64,000 nucleotides of DNA from an uncultured Acidimicrobiaceae bacterium (GTDB taxonomy: Bacteria > Actinomycetota > Acidimicrobiia > Spongiisociales > ZC4RG35). The position numbers and the translations under genes were made by a program. Every line of letters begins with the position of its first letter. Position 1 is the stretch's first letter. Where the stretch lies: the NCBI GenBank assembly GCA_964617995.1, contig CAZTXD010000002.1:4862-68861 (forward strand), given 5' to 3'. The notes below the pieces were generated by a model that did not search any database, was not told the DNA's origin, and saw only the letters and a list, made by a program, of their open reading frames with translations. Positions 9,387-19,738 of the stretch are shown here, piece after piece.

Positions 9387-9575
9387 TCAGTCCTCGTGGA
9401 CGAGGATCGCTCCGGTGGGACAGGAGTCTGCGGCCAATCTGACCTCGTCGTGGAGGGGCGGGTCGGGATGCTCCACCTTCACCTCCGACACCAGGTCGAC
9501 CTCGAAGACCTCAGGGCAGATCATCTCACACTGCCCGGTGGCCGCACAGAGACTCTCGTCGACGGTGACTCGCAT
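9387..9575 (-). CDS. Small ferredoxin (single Fe-S cluster, P450-type redox partner class)
   Basis: 62 aa; C..GQCEMICP ... SCPTGAI cysteine pattern. Confidence 0.75.
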   Translation of the reverse strand: MRVTVDESLCAATGQCEMICPEVFEVDLVSEVKVEHPDPPLHDEVRLAADSCPTGAILVHED

Positions 9576-10021
9576 CTACTGAATCCTACGGAGGAATCGC
9601 CGGTTCGCGTCAGAAGGTTGAGCCTGACCATGATCGATCCGGCATCGCTTGCGCTTGCCGACCTGGAGGCGAATCCGCATCCGATCCTCGCCCACCTGTC
9701 TGAGCTTGCTTCGGCGAGATCCGTCCCGGACAGCGACACGTAGCTGGAAATGGGTGGGGACCCAGTTCCACCTTTTTAGGTGACCGCCCCACTGGTCGCG
9801 GCCTGGTGCGATGCGGGTGGCGACAGGAAGCTGGTCGAGGCAGGCGTCCACCCCGGGGAGTTGATCAACGAGACCGCCCTTCTGGTCGGGGGTGTGTCCG
9901 GCCCGCCCTGGAGCGGATGCTCGACTGTCGCTCGGCCGCCTCGACCACTCCGATCGCCGTTTGGCCCGCATCCACCCCTGCCGACATCTAGGGTCTAGCC
10001 ATCTGGCGACGAGGAGGCGCG

Positions 10022-11461
10022 ATGGCCAGTCATGACGGGTCCGGTGTAAGGCTCGAGGCGGCGGCGGTCGGCTTTCCGACGGCCCTGGCCACCGCGGTTG
10101 GGTTGATCATCGCGGGCTCGGTGTTGCTCACCGCCCAAACCGGGTTCGGGGCGGGCGGGTACATATTTGCCTGGGCGATCCTCATCGCCTACGTCTTGAT
10201 GGTCGCCCAGTCGGCCAGCTTCTCGGAGGCGGCGGGCATCCTCCCCACCGCCGGGTCGGTCTACGACTACGTGGCGGCGGGGATGGGCAGGTTCTTTGCG
10301 ATCACGGCAAGTCTCGCCGCCTATCTGCTGGTCCACGTCTTCGCCGGTGTGGCGGAGACGGCCACAGCCGGGGTCTTCGCCTCGTTCAACTTCGGGTTCC
10401 TCGATGGCTTCCAGGAGTCGGGCTCGTGGTGGGTCGGTGTCGTCCTGGTTGTGATCCTCGCCATCGTCAACATGCTAGGCATCAGACCCTATGCATCCAC
10501 CGAGATAGCCATGACCGCTGTCATGTGGGGGACACTGATCATCTTCGGTCTCGCCGGTCTGTTGGCCTCGAAGAAGTCTGACATCACCGGCGTGTTCGGG
10601 GAGTCCTTTGTCGGGACAGATGTCGAGGCCATCCTCGCCATGGTCGGCCTCGCTCTCTTCCTGTTCGTGGGTGTCGAGTACGTGACGCCGCTGGCCTCCG
10701 AGCTCAAGGACTCGGCCCGGACCATTCCCAGGGCCATGTACCTCGGGGTGACGGCCGTGGCACTTGCCATGTTCATGTATGGAGCCGCCGTGGCACGTCA
10801 GGTGCCGAACATCGACCTGGGCGACGGCACCTTCATCCTCGACACCCCGCTGGCGATACCGGCGTTTGCCCAGGCGGTCATGGGCGGCGTCGGCCAGGCG
10901 TGGCTGGGGATTGCGGTGCTGCTGGCCTCGGCGGCGACGTTGAACACGGTCATCGCCGGGGTTTCCAGGATCTTTTACGGGATGGCCAAGGACGGGAGCC
11001 TGCCCAAGATCTTCGGATATCTGCATCCGAGGTACAAAGAGCCATGGGTGGGCATCGTCCTGGTGGCAGCCATCGCCATCGTCGGTGCGATCGTCCTCGA
11101 CGGCGATGTGCCCTCGATCATCAACCTGATCCTGGCGGCGGTAATGGCTTGGATCTTCAGTTACATCCTGGTGAATATCTCGGTGATGGTGCTGCGCTCG
11201 AGACGTTCCGACATCGAGCGGCCCTACAGGACGCCGTTGTATCCCCTGCCTCAGATCTTGGCGTCGGTGGGTCTGCTGGTGGCTGCCTGGTTCATCGCCC
11301 CACCGGGAACGACTCGGGCCGAGATCTACACACCGTTCTTCATCATGTTGGGCATCTGCGCGGTGTACGCCCTCATCTGGACCTACGGGGTGCAGAAGGC
11401 CAACCCTTGGAAACCGGTTGATCCCGAGTTGCTAAAGGCTGAGGAGGGCATCGAGGCGTAG
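10022..11461 (+). CDS. APC-family amino acid/polyamine permease
   Basis: 479 aa, about 12 hydrophobic segments; 'GSVYDYV', 'F.GVEY' features of APC transporters. Confidence 0.75.
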   Translation: MASHDGSGVRLEAAAVGFPTALATAVGLIIAGSVLLTAQTGFGAGGYIFAWAILIAYVLMVAQSASFSEAAGILPTAGSVYDYVAAGMGRFFAITASLAAYLLVHVFAGVAETATAGVFASFNFGFLDGFQESGSWWVGVVLVVILAIVNMLGIRPYASTEIAMTAVMWGTLIIFGLAGLLASKKSDITGVFGESFVGTDVEAILAMVGLALFLFVGVEYVTPLASELKDSARTIPRAMYLGVTAVALAMFMYGAAVARQVPNIDLGDGTFILDTPLAIPAFAQAVMGGVGQAWLGIAVLLASAATLNTVIAGVSRIFYGMAKDGSLPKIFGYLHPRYKEPWVGIVLVAAIAIVGAIVLDGDVPSIINLILAAVMAWIFSYILVNISVMVLRSRRSDIERPYRTPLYPLPQILASVGLLVAAWFIAPPGTTRAEIYTPFFIMLGICAVYALIWTYGVQKANPWKPVDPELLKAEEGIEA

Positions 11462-12018
11462 TGCGTCGAACGGGGTCCCGGCCCGGTCCGCCTTCGTCAC
11501 GTCTGGTTGCCTTGATCGCCGGCGACCTGCCGGGTCACCGGCGCGAGACGGGTGACGGGGGACGGATCCGCTTCGTTTCCAGCGAGGGCGGCCCGGACCT
11601 GGAGGTCTCTTCTCGTATCGAAAAGAGGTTTCTGGGGCGCACCGAGATCGCGGTGTTCGAGGCGGACCTCGTTGTTTCATGGCCCGAGGAGTCGACCATC
11701 GAACTGAGACACACCGGCGGTCTCCGGCGCTCAGGGGTCACCGCGACTCTGGTTGCAGGTGGCGATGCCGCCCGGCGGGCGGCAGCGGCGCTGGCCTCCG
11801 ACCGCCGGCTGACCCAGGCTCTACTGCCGCTCGACTTCACCAGGTTCGAGATCCATGGTGGTCCGGCCGGATGCCGGGCCAGGGTGGACCTGATGGGGGC
11901 GAGCCACGTGGCGATCGCCCTCCCCCCGATCCGTTCTTACGTTCATCTCCATCCGGATCAGCGGGCGGCGATGGTTGCCGGGCTGGAGGAGGTGCGCAGG
12001 GTCCTCCGGTCGATGTGA
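11461..12018 (+). CDS. Hypothetical protein (start overlaps permease stop)
   Basis: 185-aa ORF, GTG at 11461 overlapping TAG of permease; no recognised motif. Confidence 0.45.
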   Translation: MRRTGSRPGPPSSRLVALIAGDLPGHRRETGDGGRIRFVSSEGGPDLEVSSRIEKRFLGRTEIAVFEADLVVSWPEESTIELRHTGGLRRSGVTATLVAGGDAARRAAAALASDRRLTQALLPLDFTRFEIHGGPAGCRARVDLMGASHVAIALPPIRSYVHLHPDQRAAMVAGLEEVRRVLRSM

Positions 12019-12133
12019 CTCCCCCTACCCGTCGTTCCGGTGTTTCCCGGACTCCAGCCCTCGAGAAGAGCTCCCCCAGCTCGGGGAGGTCCTCACGGCG
12101 CAGCGGGTTCAGTTGGCCATGGCCACACCTGGC

Positions 12134-13393
12134 TCAAGCCAGCTGCACTCTCACCGGCAGATGCTTGACGCCTCTGATGAAGTTGGAGCGAAGCCGCTGC
12201 ACCGGACCCACGATCTTCAAGTCGGCCAGTCTCGGCAGCAGCTCCTCCAGCGTCACCCTGACTTCGAGACGGGCCAGCCACGCACCGAGGCAGAGATGTC
12301 GGCCGGACCCGAAGGCGAGATGGTCGGTCGGGTTGCGGTGGATGTCGAACCGGTACGGGTCCGGGTAGTGGTCCTCGTCGAAGTTGGCCGAGACGTAGTA
12401 GACGACCACCTTGTCACCCTCGGAGATCGAGACCCTTCGCAGCTCGGTGTCTTTGGTGGCGGTTCGCCGGAAATGCATCGTCACCGATGAGTAGCGGAGG
12501 ATCTCCTCGGCGGCTGAGGGCATCAGCTCGGGGTTCTCACGTAGCTCCTCCATCTGGTCCCGGTGCTCCAACAAGAAGGTGAGCCCGTGGCTGAGGGTGT
12601 GACGGGTCGTCTCGTTCCCCGCGACCATGAGCAACGAGAAGAAGTTCTTGAACTCGAGATCGGTCAGCGGCACGCCGTCCGGCTCGGCGGTGAGCAGCGT
12701 GGTGATGATGTCGTCCTGGGGGTTCACCCTTCGCTCGTTCGCCATCTCCTCCGCGAATTCGAAAACCTCCAATGCGGCAGGGCTGCGAAACGGGAGCAGC
12801 CGGTAATCCTCGGTATCGACCTGGTCAACGACGAACTGCGTGTACTCGGGGTCGGTGTGGCTGATCATCTGGTCGCCCCACCTCACGAGACGATCCGCAT
12901 CGTCCTCAGGGACCCCAAGAAGGCGACACAGGAGTCGAATGGGGAGCTCGCGTGCGATCTCGGTCACGAAGTCGAACTCGCCGAGCGGAAGGACTCGGTC
13001 CAGGACCTGGCGCGCCAGCGATCGAAAGGCGTTCTCGTAGGTGGCGATCACCCGCGGCGTGAAGCCTCTGGAGACGAGTCGACGGAGCCTGGTGTGCTCG
13101 GGCGGATCGAACTCCATCATCGTGCGGCGGGCTTCCAGCTCGTCGGGTGCCATCTCCTCGAGCCTGATCCCCCGAGTCGTGGTGAAGGTCTCGTGATCCC
13201 TGCTCACCTGGCCAACGTCGTCGTATTTGGTTACTGCCCAGAAACCGGCGTTGGGGGCTTTCTCCTCGATCCAAGCGATGGGGCTTTCCCGGCGGAGTCG
13301 GGCGAATGTGGCATGGGGGACGTCGGCGAGATAGGTGTCGTGATCGACGATGTCGGCGTAAGCGTCGCCCAGGTGGACATCGATTGCGGTCAC
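12134..13393 (-). CDS. Cytochrome P450
   Basis: 419 aa; heme-binding loop FGSGRHLCLG, EXXR (ETTRH), AGNETT I-helix motif. Confidence 0.9.
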   Translation of the reverse strand: MTAIDVHLGDAYADIVDHDTYLADVPHATFARLRRESPIAWIEEKAPNAGFWAVTKYDDVGQVSRDHETFTTTRGIRLEEMAPDELEARRTMMEFDPPEHTRLRRLVSRGFTPRVIATYENAFRSLARQVLDRVLPLGEFDFVTEIARELPIRLLCRLLGVPEDDADRLVRWGDQMISHTDPEYTQFVVDQVDTEDYRLLPFRSPAALEVFEFAEEMANERRVNPQDDIITTLLTAEPDGVPLTDLEFKNFFSLLMVAGNETTRHTLSHGLTFLLEHRDQMEELRENPELMPSAAEEILRYSSVTMHFRRTATKDTELRRVSISEGDKVVVYYVSANFDEDHYPDPYRFDIHRNPTDHLAFGSGRHLCLGAWLARLEVRVTLEELLPRLADLKIVGPVQRLRSNFIRGVKHLPVRVQLA

Positions 13394-13632
13394 CTGGCTC
13401 CTATGGTCGTGGACCCGGTGAAGTCTATCGGAGGGTCCACGGCTCTAACCTTGCGGCCATGTTGCGTCCTGGAAACTGGACCAACCCAGCGGGTGTGAGT
13501 CCCGTCCGGGTCGTCGCCGGAGTCGCTGGCGGCAGTGCGCTCGCTCAACTTCTATCCGACAACGGCACGCACGGATTGAAAGGAGAATGGGGAAACGTGC
13601 CCGCACCGCTGGAAGCGCGCCCCTGACTGCCA

Positions 13633-14766
13633 ATGGTTCGTAGTCCAGCCCGGGCCGAGATGGTCGGCAGCCTGCTCAGGCCGGAAAAGCTGAAGGCTGC
13701 CGCAGATGCTTTCTATGGAGAAGGGCACCGAGCCGTTCTCGACGATGAGCGCGCCAAGAGCTCCGAGGAGCTCCGCCGCCTGGAGGACGAGGCGATCGCC
13801 GAGGTGGTGCAACGCCAGATCGAGCTCGGGCTGGACGTGGTCACCGATGGTGAGTTCCGGCGTTACATGTTCCTCAACTCTTTCTGGGATGCGGTGCGGG
13901 GATTCTCCACCGATGACAACCCGGTCGAGTTCCGCAACGACCGGGGCGAGACGGTCGTGTGGCATGTTCACAAGGTCACAGACAGGTTGGAGAAGGTTGA
14001 CAGCCCGGTCTCCCGGGAGGCCGCCTTCATGGCAGAGTGCACCGCTCATCCGTTCAAGGTCACCGTCCCGGCTGGGTCGATCTTCTCCAACCCGTACACC
14101 TGGAAGCCGGGAGTGAACGACCATGCCTACCCCACGAGACAGGAACTCACCGACCATGCCGTCGCCATCGAGCGAGAGCTGGTGGCCGACGCCGTAGCGG
14201 AAGGGGCGCGGTATATCCAGTTCGACTTTCCCATGTATCCGTTCCTGGTCGATGAGCGGTGGCGTCAGCAGATGGTGGCGGACGGGTTCGACCTCGACCA
14301 GGTGATGGAGGAGGCGATCTCCGCCGACCAGGCCGTACTCTCGGGGATACCGGAAGGGGTCACCACCGGTCTCCACATCTGCCGGGGCAACTACCGGTCG
14401 AAGTACTTGTGTGAGGGGTCGCTCGAGCCCCTGGCAGAGCGGGTCTTCAACGAGCTCGGCTACGACGTGTTCCTCGTCGAGTGGGAGGATCCCGATCGCA
14501 TGGGCGATGTCTCACCGATCCGCCACGTCCCTGGGGGCAAGACTCTGGTGCTGGGTGTGGTCGATTCCAAGACGCCTCGGATTCGAACCGACGCCGAGCT
14601 GCTGGGGCGCCTCGAGGAGGCAGCCCAGTATCTCGACCCGGATCAATTGGCTATCTCACCACAGTGCGGGTTTGCCTCTGTGATCGACGGCAACGAGATC
14701 GGAGAGAACGCCCAATGGGAGAAGCTCGCAGCGGTGGGTCGGGTCGCGGAGCGCTTCTGGGGATGA
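13633..14766 (+). CDS. Cobalamin-independent methionine synthase (MetE) C-terminal-domain-like methyltransferase
   Basis: 377 aa; UroD/MetE-fold motifs 'VVTDGEFRR', 'HICRGNY', 'QCGFAS'. Confidence 0.7.
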   Translation: MVRSPARAEMVGSLLRPEKLKAAADAFYGEGHRAVLDDERAKSSEELRRLEDEAIAEVVQRQIELGLDVVTDGEFRRYMFLNSFWDAVRGFSTDDNPVEFRNDRGETVVWHVHKVTDRLEKVDSPVSREAAFMAECTAHPFKVTVPAGSIFSNPYTWKPGVNDHAYPTRQELTDHAVAIERELVADAVAEGARYIQFDFPMYPFLVDERWRQQMVADGFDLDQVMEEAISADQAVLSGIPEGVTTGLHICRGNYRSKYLCEGSLEPLAERVFNELGYDVFLVEWEDPDRMGDVSPIRHVPGGKTLVLGVVDSKTPRIRTDAELLGRLEEAAQYLDPDQLAISPQCGFASVIDGNEIGENAQWEKLAAVGRVAERFWG

Positions 14767-14797
14767 GGACGCTCGTACCAGTTGGGTTCTCGCAGCG

Positions 14798-15733
14798 ATG
14801 AAGCGCCCTCGCATCATTCTCGTCCTCAGCGAGAACTGGACCCTCGTCGATCCGGGGCATCCCGACCGGCTGCTCGACATGGCACGCGTCGCCGACGACA
14901 CCGGGATCGACGCGGTGATGCTGTCGGAGCACGTCGTCCTTGGGCCTACCGCGGGAGCATCGGGGGTAATGGGGAACCCCCGTGACTATGCCATGCCGGG
15001 CAATCAGGATCCGGCGATGCCCTGGCCCGATTCCGTGGTCCTGGCGGCGGCGATCGCTGCCGTTACCACGAGGATCAGGATCGCACTCGCTGCGGTCATC
15101 GCCCCGTTGCGTCATCCGCTCCTGCTCGCCAAGCAGCTGGCCACGCTCGACTTGTTGACCCGGGGCCGTCTTGTCGTCCAGCCAACCGTCAGCTGGCATG
15201 AGGACGAGTACCGGGCCCTCGGTGTGCCATTCGAGGAACGGGGACGACGACTCGACGAGCATCTGGCGATCTGGAGGCGGGTTTGGGCCGGCTCCCCGGC
15301 CTCATACAACGGGCAGCATTACCGGTTCGAAGAGGTGTACCTCGAGCCGAAGCCCACACGTCCCGAGGGGCCGCCACTGTGGATCGGGGGAAGCTCAGCG
15401 CACCCGGCGGTGATTCGTCGACTCGTGGAGCATGGCAGCGGTTTCCACCCGCTGGGACAGCCCGGCGATGGCGAGCTGGCTCATCTGCGCAGGCTCTTAC
15501 GCGAGGCTGGTCGTGACCCTGATGAGCTGGAATGGGTCGGTGGGGTGAGGGGTCGGTTCCGGGACGATCGCTCGCCGGCCGATCTGGATGAGGCCCTGGA
15601 GCAGGTTCCGATCCAGGTGAGCCGGGGCTTCGTGTCGATCTGCATCAAGCCATCGCAGTTCATCGACAGCCCAGACGAGCTTCCCCGTTTCTGTGCCCGG
15701 GTGGTACGACGCTGTACGGAACTGGTGTCGTGA
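14798..15733 (+). CDS. LLM-class (luciferase-like) F420/flavin-dependent oxidoreductase
   Basis: 311 aa; TIM-barrel LLM features 'GIDAVMLSEHV', 'LDLLTRGRL'. Confidence 0.7.
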   Translation: MKRPRIILVLSENWTLVDPGHPDRLLDMARVADDTGIDAVMLSEHVVLGPTAGASGVMGNPRDYAMPGNQDPAMPWPDSVVLAAAIAAVTTRIRIALAAVIAPLRHPLLLAKQLATLDLLTRGRLVVQPTVSWHEDEYRALGVPFEERGRRLDEHLAIWRRVWAGSPASYNGQHYRFEEVYLEPKPTRPEGPPLWIGGSSAHPAVIRRLVEHGSGFHPLGQPGDGELAHLRRLLREAGRDPDELEWVGGVRGRFRDDRSPADLDEALEQVPIQVSRGFVSICIKPSQFIDSPDELPRFCARVVRRCTELVS

Positions 15734-16518
15734 TGGCGGTCGAGCGTGTTGCAATCGTCACCGGCGCCGGCTCGGGTATCGGCGCGGCGACGGCCACCGC
15801 CCTGGCGAGGGGCGGCGCCAAGGTAATCGTGACGGGTCGGAGACAGGAGCCACTCGAGGCTGTAGCGGACCGCCTCGGTGGTCTGGCCGTGGTCGCGGAC
15901 GTCGCCAAGGAAGAAGATTGGGATCGCCTTGTCGCAACGGCGACGGAGCAATTCGGCGGTGTCGACGTCCTCGTGGCCAACGCCGGGATCGAGGCCTTCG
16001 GCTCGGTCGTGACGGTGCAACTCGATGAGTGGCGCGCCGTACAGCAGACGAATGTCGACGGTGTTCTCCTCGGCATTCGGGCGGTGGCGCCCCTGATGCG
16101 GGAGCGAGGCGGCGGGAGCATCGTGGTGGTCTCCTCAGTCGCCGGGCTGACCTCGGGACCCGAGTACGCCGCCTATGTCACCTCCAAGACCGCCATCCTC
16201 GGTCTCGTTCGGTCCGCCGCCGTCGACCTCGGACCAGACCGAATCCGGGTCAATGCCGTGTGCCCGGGATGGACACGAACCGAGATGAGCCAGCGCGAGA
16301 CAGAACACATCGCCGCCGAACAGGGGATCACCGCCGAACAACTATGGGCGCGACTTGTGGCGCCGTTGCCACTCGGCCGCGCCGCTGAACCAGAAGAGAT
16401 CGCCGCCTGCATCGAGTTTCTCACCGGACCAGGGGCTTCATTCGTAACGGGCACCGTCGTCGTAGCCGACGGAGGGGGCGCGGCCGTAGATGTCGGAACC
16501 CTCGGCTTTCGCGGTTGA
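15730..16518 (+). CDS. SDR family oxidoreductase
   Basis: TGAGSGIG cofactor motif, catalytic Y..YVTSK; start overlaps LLM stop. Confidence 0.9.
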   Translation: MMAVERVAIVTGAGSGIGAATATALARGGAKVIVTGRRQEPLEAVADRLGGLAVVADVAKEEDWDRLVATATEQFGGVDVLVANAGIEAFGSVVTVQLDEWRAVQQTNVDGVLLGIRAVAPLMRERGGGSIVVVSSVAGLTSGPEYAAYVTSKTAILGLVRSAAVDLGPDRIRVNAVCPGWTRTEMSQRETEHIAAEQGITAEQLWARLVAPLPLGRAAEPEEIAACIEFLTGPGASFVTGTVVVADGGGAAVDVGTLGFRG

Positions 16519-16668
16519 GCACTCAGAGGACCGGGTCATGACCGGATGCAAGGGCTATTGCGACGGGCAGCCTCTGGAGGAGATAGTCCAACGGATCCTC
16601 GCGATTGGGTGGGTGATCTACCGATAAGACGCCACTGTGATCCTCCCAGGCCGTTCAGTGCATCGAAA

Positions 16669-17730
16669 CTACTCGGAGAGGAAGTACCCGTATGGCCCGG
16701 GGCTCGCTCCATTGCGCTGCGGATTCATGTAGAAGCGGGTGTATAGAGCCGCACACAGCTCGCCTCGGGTAGCGGTGTCGGTCTTGGCGAAAACCGACTT
16801 CAGGTGGTCCTGCACCGTGTATTGGGATATCTCGAGGCGGCGGGAGATCTGCTTGGTGACCAGCCCTTCGAGCACCAGCTCGGTCACGTCCCGCTCCCGC
16901 GGTGTGAGGTCGTAGGCGGCAACGACGAGAGAGGTGAGATGGATGGGCCTGGGATACTCGACGATCACCGAGTACTCATCTTCCTCTCCTTTGAGGGGGG
17001 TGGCGTGGAAGGTCAGTGGGCCGGCCTGCCCGTTCACGGTCATGGTGGTGGTGCCGGTTCGGTCGGCGCCCACCGCCAGGGCACGGTTGAGGGTCGACAG
17101 ACGGTCCCGGTCGACCGTGTCGAGCCATCTTTCGGCTGTACCGGTAGTGGTGACGAAGCGGCCTTCCCGATCGATCGTGAACGCGCCCGGGGGACGCTCC
17201 ATGTCTCCGGGTTGTTGGACGGCAGCGTGCAGGAAAGCCCGCCTGAATCCGCGGGCCAATGGGGCGGACAGTCGGGCGGCCTCGTCCACCTCTGTCTCGG
17301 TGAAGGCTCGCGACCCGACCCGTCGGTAGCCAGACAGGGTCGCCCACCACGTGCCGTTGGCGATGCATGCGAGACGTAGCTCGTCGTAGCCGCCGTTCGG
17401 TTCGAAGATCTCCACGTAGCGTCGCACCCTTGCCGGGTCCGTGGATAGCCGCAACGCAGCGGCCGGTTGGGGGGACTGGGCAAGCTCGTGGTACCGCAGA
17501 GGATCATCGGAGAACCACTCCAGTTCGAAGATCCGCAGCTCCCGCGCGGGGTCCTTGGGCAGGCCGAAAACCTCACAGCTGGTCTGCAGCCCGGACGCCG
17601 GATCAACGGAGGAGAGGACACAGATGTCAAGACCCAGAAATGACGACAACTCCGCAGTGGACTTGTCCAAGAACGATTCCAGATCGGGTCCGGCTGTATC
17701 GAGGGTCTCTGCTACCCGCACGAGGGCCAT
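16669..17730 (-). CDS. LuxR-family transcriptional regulator with N-terminal GAF-like sensor domain
   Basis: C-terminal 'LTPRERDVTELVLEGLVTKQISRRLEISQYTVQDHLKSVFAKT' LuxR HTH. Confidence 0.8.
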   Translation of the reverse strand: MALVRVAETLDTAGPDLESFLDKSTAELSSFLGLDICVLSSVDPASGLQTSCEVFGLPKDPARELRIFELEWFSDDPLRYHELAQSPQPAAALRLSTDPARVRRYVEIFEPNGGYDELRLACIANGTWWATLSGYRRVGSRAFTETEVDEAARLSAPLARGFRRAFLHAAVQQPGDMERPPGAFTIDREGRFVTTTGTAERWLDTVDRDRLSTLNRALAVGADRTGTTTMTVNGQAGPLTFHATPLKGEEDEYSVIVEYPRPIHLTSLVVAAYDLTPRERDVTELVLEGLVTKQISRRLEISQYTVQDHLKSVFAKTDTATRGELCAALYTRFYMNPQRNGASPGPYGYFLSE

Positions 17731-17754
17731 TCTGGCACCCCCCAGACATCTGGG

Positions 17755-18252
17755 ATGGCCAGGGCGCCTCCCGCCGGGCAGGCTGTGGCCTCCGTGAGTG
17801 AAGGAGCAAACGTGAAGCCGCTCAGCCGGTGGATGAAAGTCGTAGGCGTCCTCTACGTCCTCAACGGAATCGGCCTGGTCGTCTCATACGTCGTACCGGC
17901 CATAGGCGAAGCATCGGTGCGCCAGCGGGTGCCCGGGGCGGATCTCGCCAACCCGCTCTACGGCTTCGCCATGGACACCTGGCTCATGTTCGCCCTCGAG
18001 ATGCTGGTCGTTGGTGGGGCTCTCGTAGTGGCGTCCAGGGCCGCCTGGAGCAACCGGATCCTCGCATTCACTGTCGTCGCTCTGGAGCTGATACGGGGCA
18101 TCCTCGACGACTTGATCTGGATCGCAAACGGTTACCCGGCTGCGATGTATATGGGATGGATCGGCTTCCACGCCGTGGTCATCGTCACCGGAGTCCGGGC
18201 GCTGCGACGAGCCCAGGCGCATGAGCAGTCTGAACCGCTGGTTCCGGCATGA
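17755..18252 (+). CDS. Small integral membrane protein, unknown function
   Basis: Four hydrophobic helices; start more likely GTG about 17812. Confidence 0.5.
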   Translation: MARAPPAGQAVASVSEGANVKPLSRWMKVVGVLYVLNGIGLVVSYVVPAIGEASVRQRVPGADLANPLYGFAMDTWLMFALEMLVVGGALVVASRAAWSNRILAFTVVALELIRGILDDLIWIANGYPAAMYMGWIGFHAVVIVTGVRALRRAQAHEQSEPLVPA

Positions 18253-18782
18253 CCAGAGGCCTCAACCACGACGGGGACGTCGCCACCTCGACTTCCCCTA
18301 TCGGGAGTGTGTTCGGTATCTCCGTCAAGGCTTGGGTGGCGCTGGCGTTCGCCGCCAGCATCTGGCATGCGTTCATCGATGCCCAGATCGGACTGCTGGG
18401 ACCCACCTCGGAAACGATGACGTTGGCACAGGGTGCGGCCTTGATCATCGACGCTTTGCTCATCGGATGGTGGGTCTATGTTGCGCTGGAGGGGTTCTCA
18501 GGGAACGAGCGCGCGCTGGGCGCCTTGGCACTCCTATTGCTGGTGGAGCCGGTGCTGTTCGACGGTCTGGTGGCATTCATGGTGGCTCCGCCCCCGTCTG
18601 CGGCATTCCCCTATCAGGACCTGGCTCGTTCCCTCTCACTCATCTCAGGGATCGTTGCGTTGGTGGCGCTTCGCAGGTCGGTGGGCTGGGGGAGATGGGG
18701 ATGGCCGAGCTGGGTCGCTCTAGGCTTGACGATCGTTGGTAGCGCTGTTGTTTCCGTGGTGTTCCTTTCCCTACCACGATGA
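18249..18782 (+). CDS. Small integral membrane protein, unknown function
   Basis: ATGA overlap with upstream membrane protein; 177 aa, multiple TM helices. Confidence 0.5.
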   Translation: MTRGLNHDGDVATSTSPIGSVFGISVKAWVALAFAASIWHAFIDAQIGLLGPTSETMTLAQGAALIIDALLIGWWVYVALEGFSGNERALGALALLLLVEPVLFDGLVAFMVAPPPSAAFPYQDLARSLSLISGIVALVALRRSVGWGRWGWPSWVALGLTIVGSAVVSVVFLSLPR

Positions 18783-18873
18783 CCACCAGCTGTCTCGAGG
18801 GCTTACAGCAGAACCAGACACACAACTCGCCCTGGTGGTCGACGCCGGGAATGAGACGAGGAAAGAGAGGCGC

Positions 18874-19326
18874 ATGATGCCAACCGTCGAACGCAGCGCA
18901 ATCGTTCCGCTGCCGCTCGAGGAGACCTGGGAGGCCTTCTTCGGCAACGACATGCAGAACTGGTGCGAACTGTCGGACATTGTCAGCGAGGTCCGTGACT
19001 TCCGGTTCCGTGACGACGGCACACCCGAGTACGTGATGGTGAACCGGATGGGGCCGATGCGGGCCAGCCACCGGTCCGACTATGTGTTCTACGAACCGCC
19101 CCACCGGGCGGAAGACGACACCCTGGAGAGCGCGCTCGGGGGCCGTTGGGTCACCCTCCACGAATCGGTCGACGTTGGAACGCGGGTCACCCACAGGTGG
19201 GACGTCGAGCCACACGGGATGATGAAGCTGCTGTTCCCCCTCATCCGCCCCGGTTTCCAACGCTCCTTCCAACGCGACCTCGACACCATGGTGGACCGCA
19301 TCACAGCGCAGACAACCGGGCCCTGA
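18874..19326 (+). CDS. SRPBCC (polyketide cyclase/START-like) family protein
   Basis: 150 aa from ATG 18874 with GAAAGAGAGG RBS; SRPBCC-like fold inferred from composition/length. Confidence 0.5.
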   Translation: MMPTVERSAIVPLPLEETWEAFFGNDMQNWCELSDIVSEVRDFRFRDDGTPEYVMVNRMGPMRASHRSDYVFYEPPHRAEDDTLESALGGRWVTLHESVDVGTRVTHRWDVEPHGMMKLLFPLIRPGFQRSFQRDLDTMVDRITAQTTGP

Positions 19327-19351
19327 CGTCGGTGGTGGAGATGACGTCAAG

Positions 19352-19738
19352 ATGATGACAGCCTCCACCCGGCTCTCGATGGTTGTCGCTCTGGGAGTGT
19401 CGACGTTGGGTGGCGTATACCACAACAGCCAGGAGTTCCTGGGGATGCCCCTTACCGCCCCGGAGATGCTCTCCGGAATCGTTCCCACTGTCCTCCTCGC
19501 CGTGTGGTGGCTGGTCCGTCCCGGACGGGCCTTGTGGTGGGTCACCCTGGTCTGGGTAGGGCTCCTCAACCTGGCGGTGGGTGCGGTCCTCACTGTTCTC
19601 CCACTCCCATTCCTCCCGTTCCAACCCGAACAGTCCTGGAGCCACTACACCACCCACGTCATATACGCCGCTGCCCAGGGTCCCGCCCTCTACCTGCTGG
19701 TGATACGGCAGCCCGGCCGGGAGGGACTCGTGACATGA
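19352..19738 (+). CDS. Small membrane protein
   Basis: 128 aa, three to four hydrophobic helices. Confidence 0.45.
   Translation: MMTASTRLSMVVALGVSTLGGVYHNSQEFLGMPLTAPEMLSGIVPTVLLAVWWLVRPGRALWWVTLVWVGLLNLAVGAVLTVLPLPFLPFQPEQSWSHYTTHVIYAAAQGPALYLLVIRQPGREGLVT

Noticed and set aside
9396-9743. Plus-strand ORF whose end 'MIDPASLALADLEANPHPILAHLSE' superficially resembles a P450 N-terminus next to the ferredoxin gene.
   Set aside because: It lies on the opposite strand relative to the ferredoxin and overlaps it. There is no continuation into a P450 body, and the first 70 residues of the frame are Arg/Gly-rich junk.
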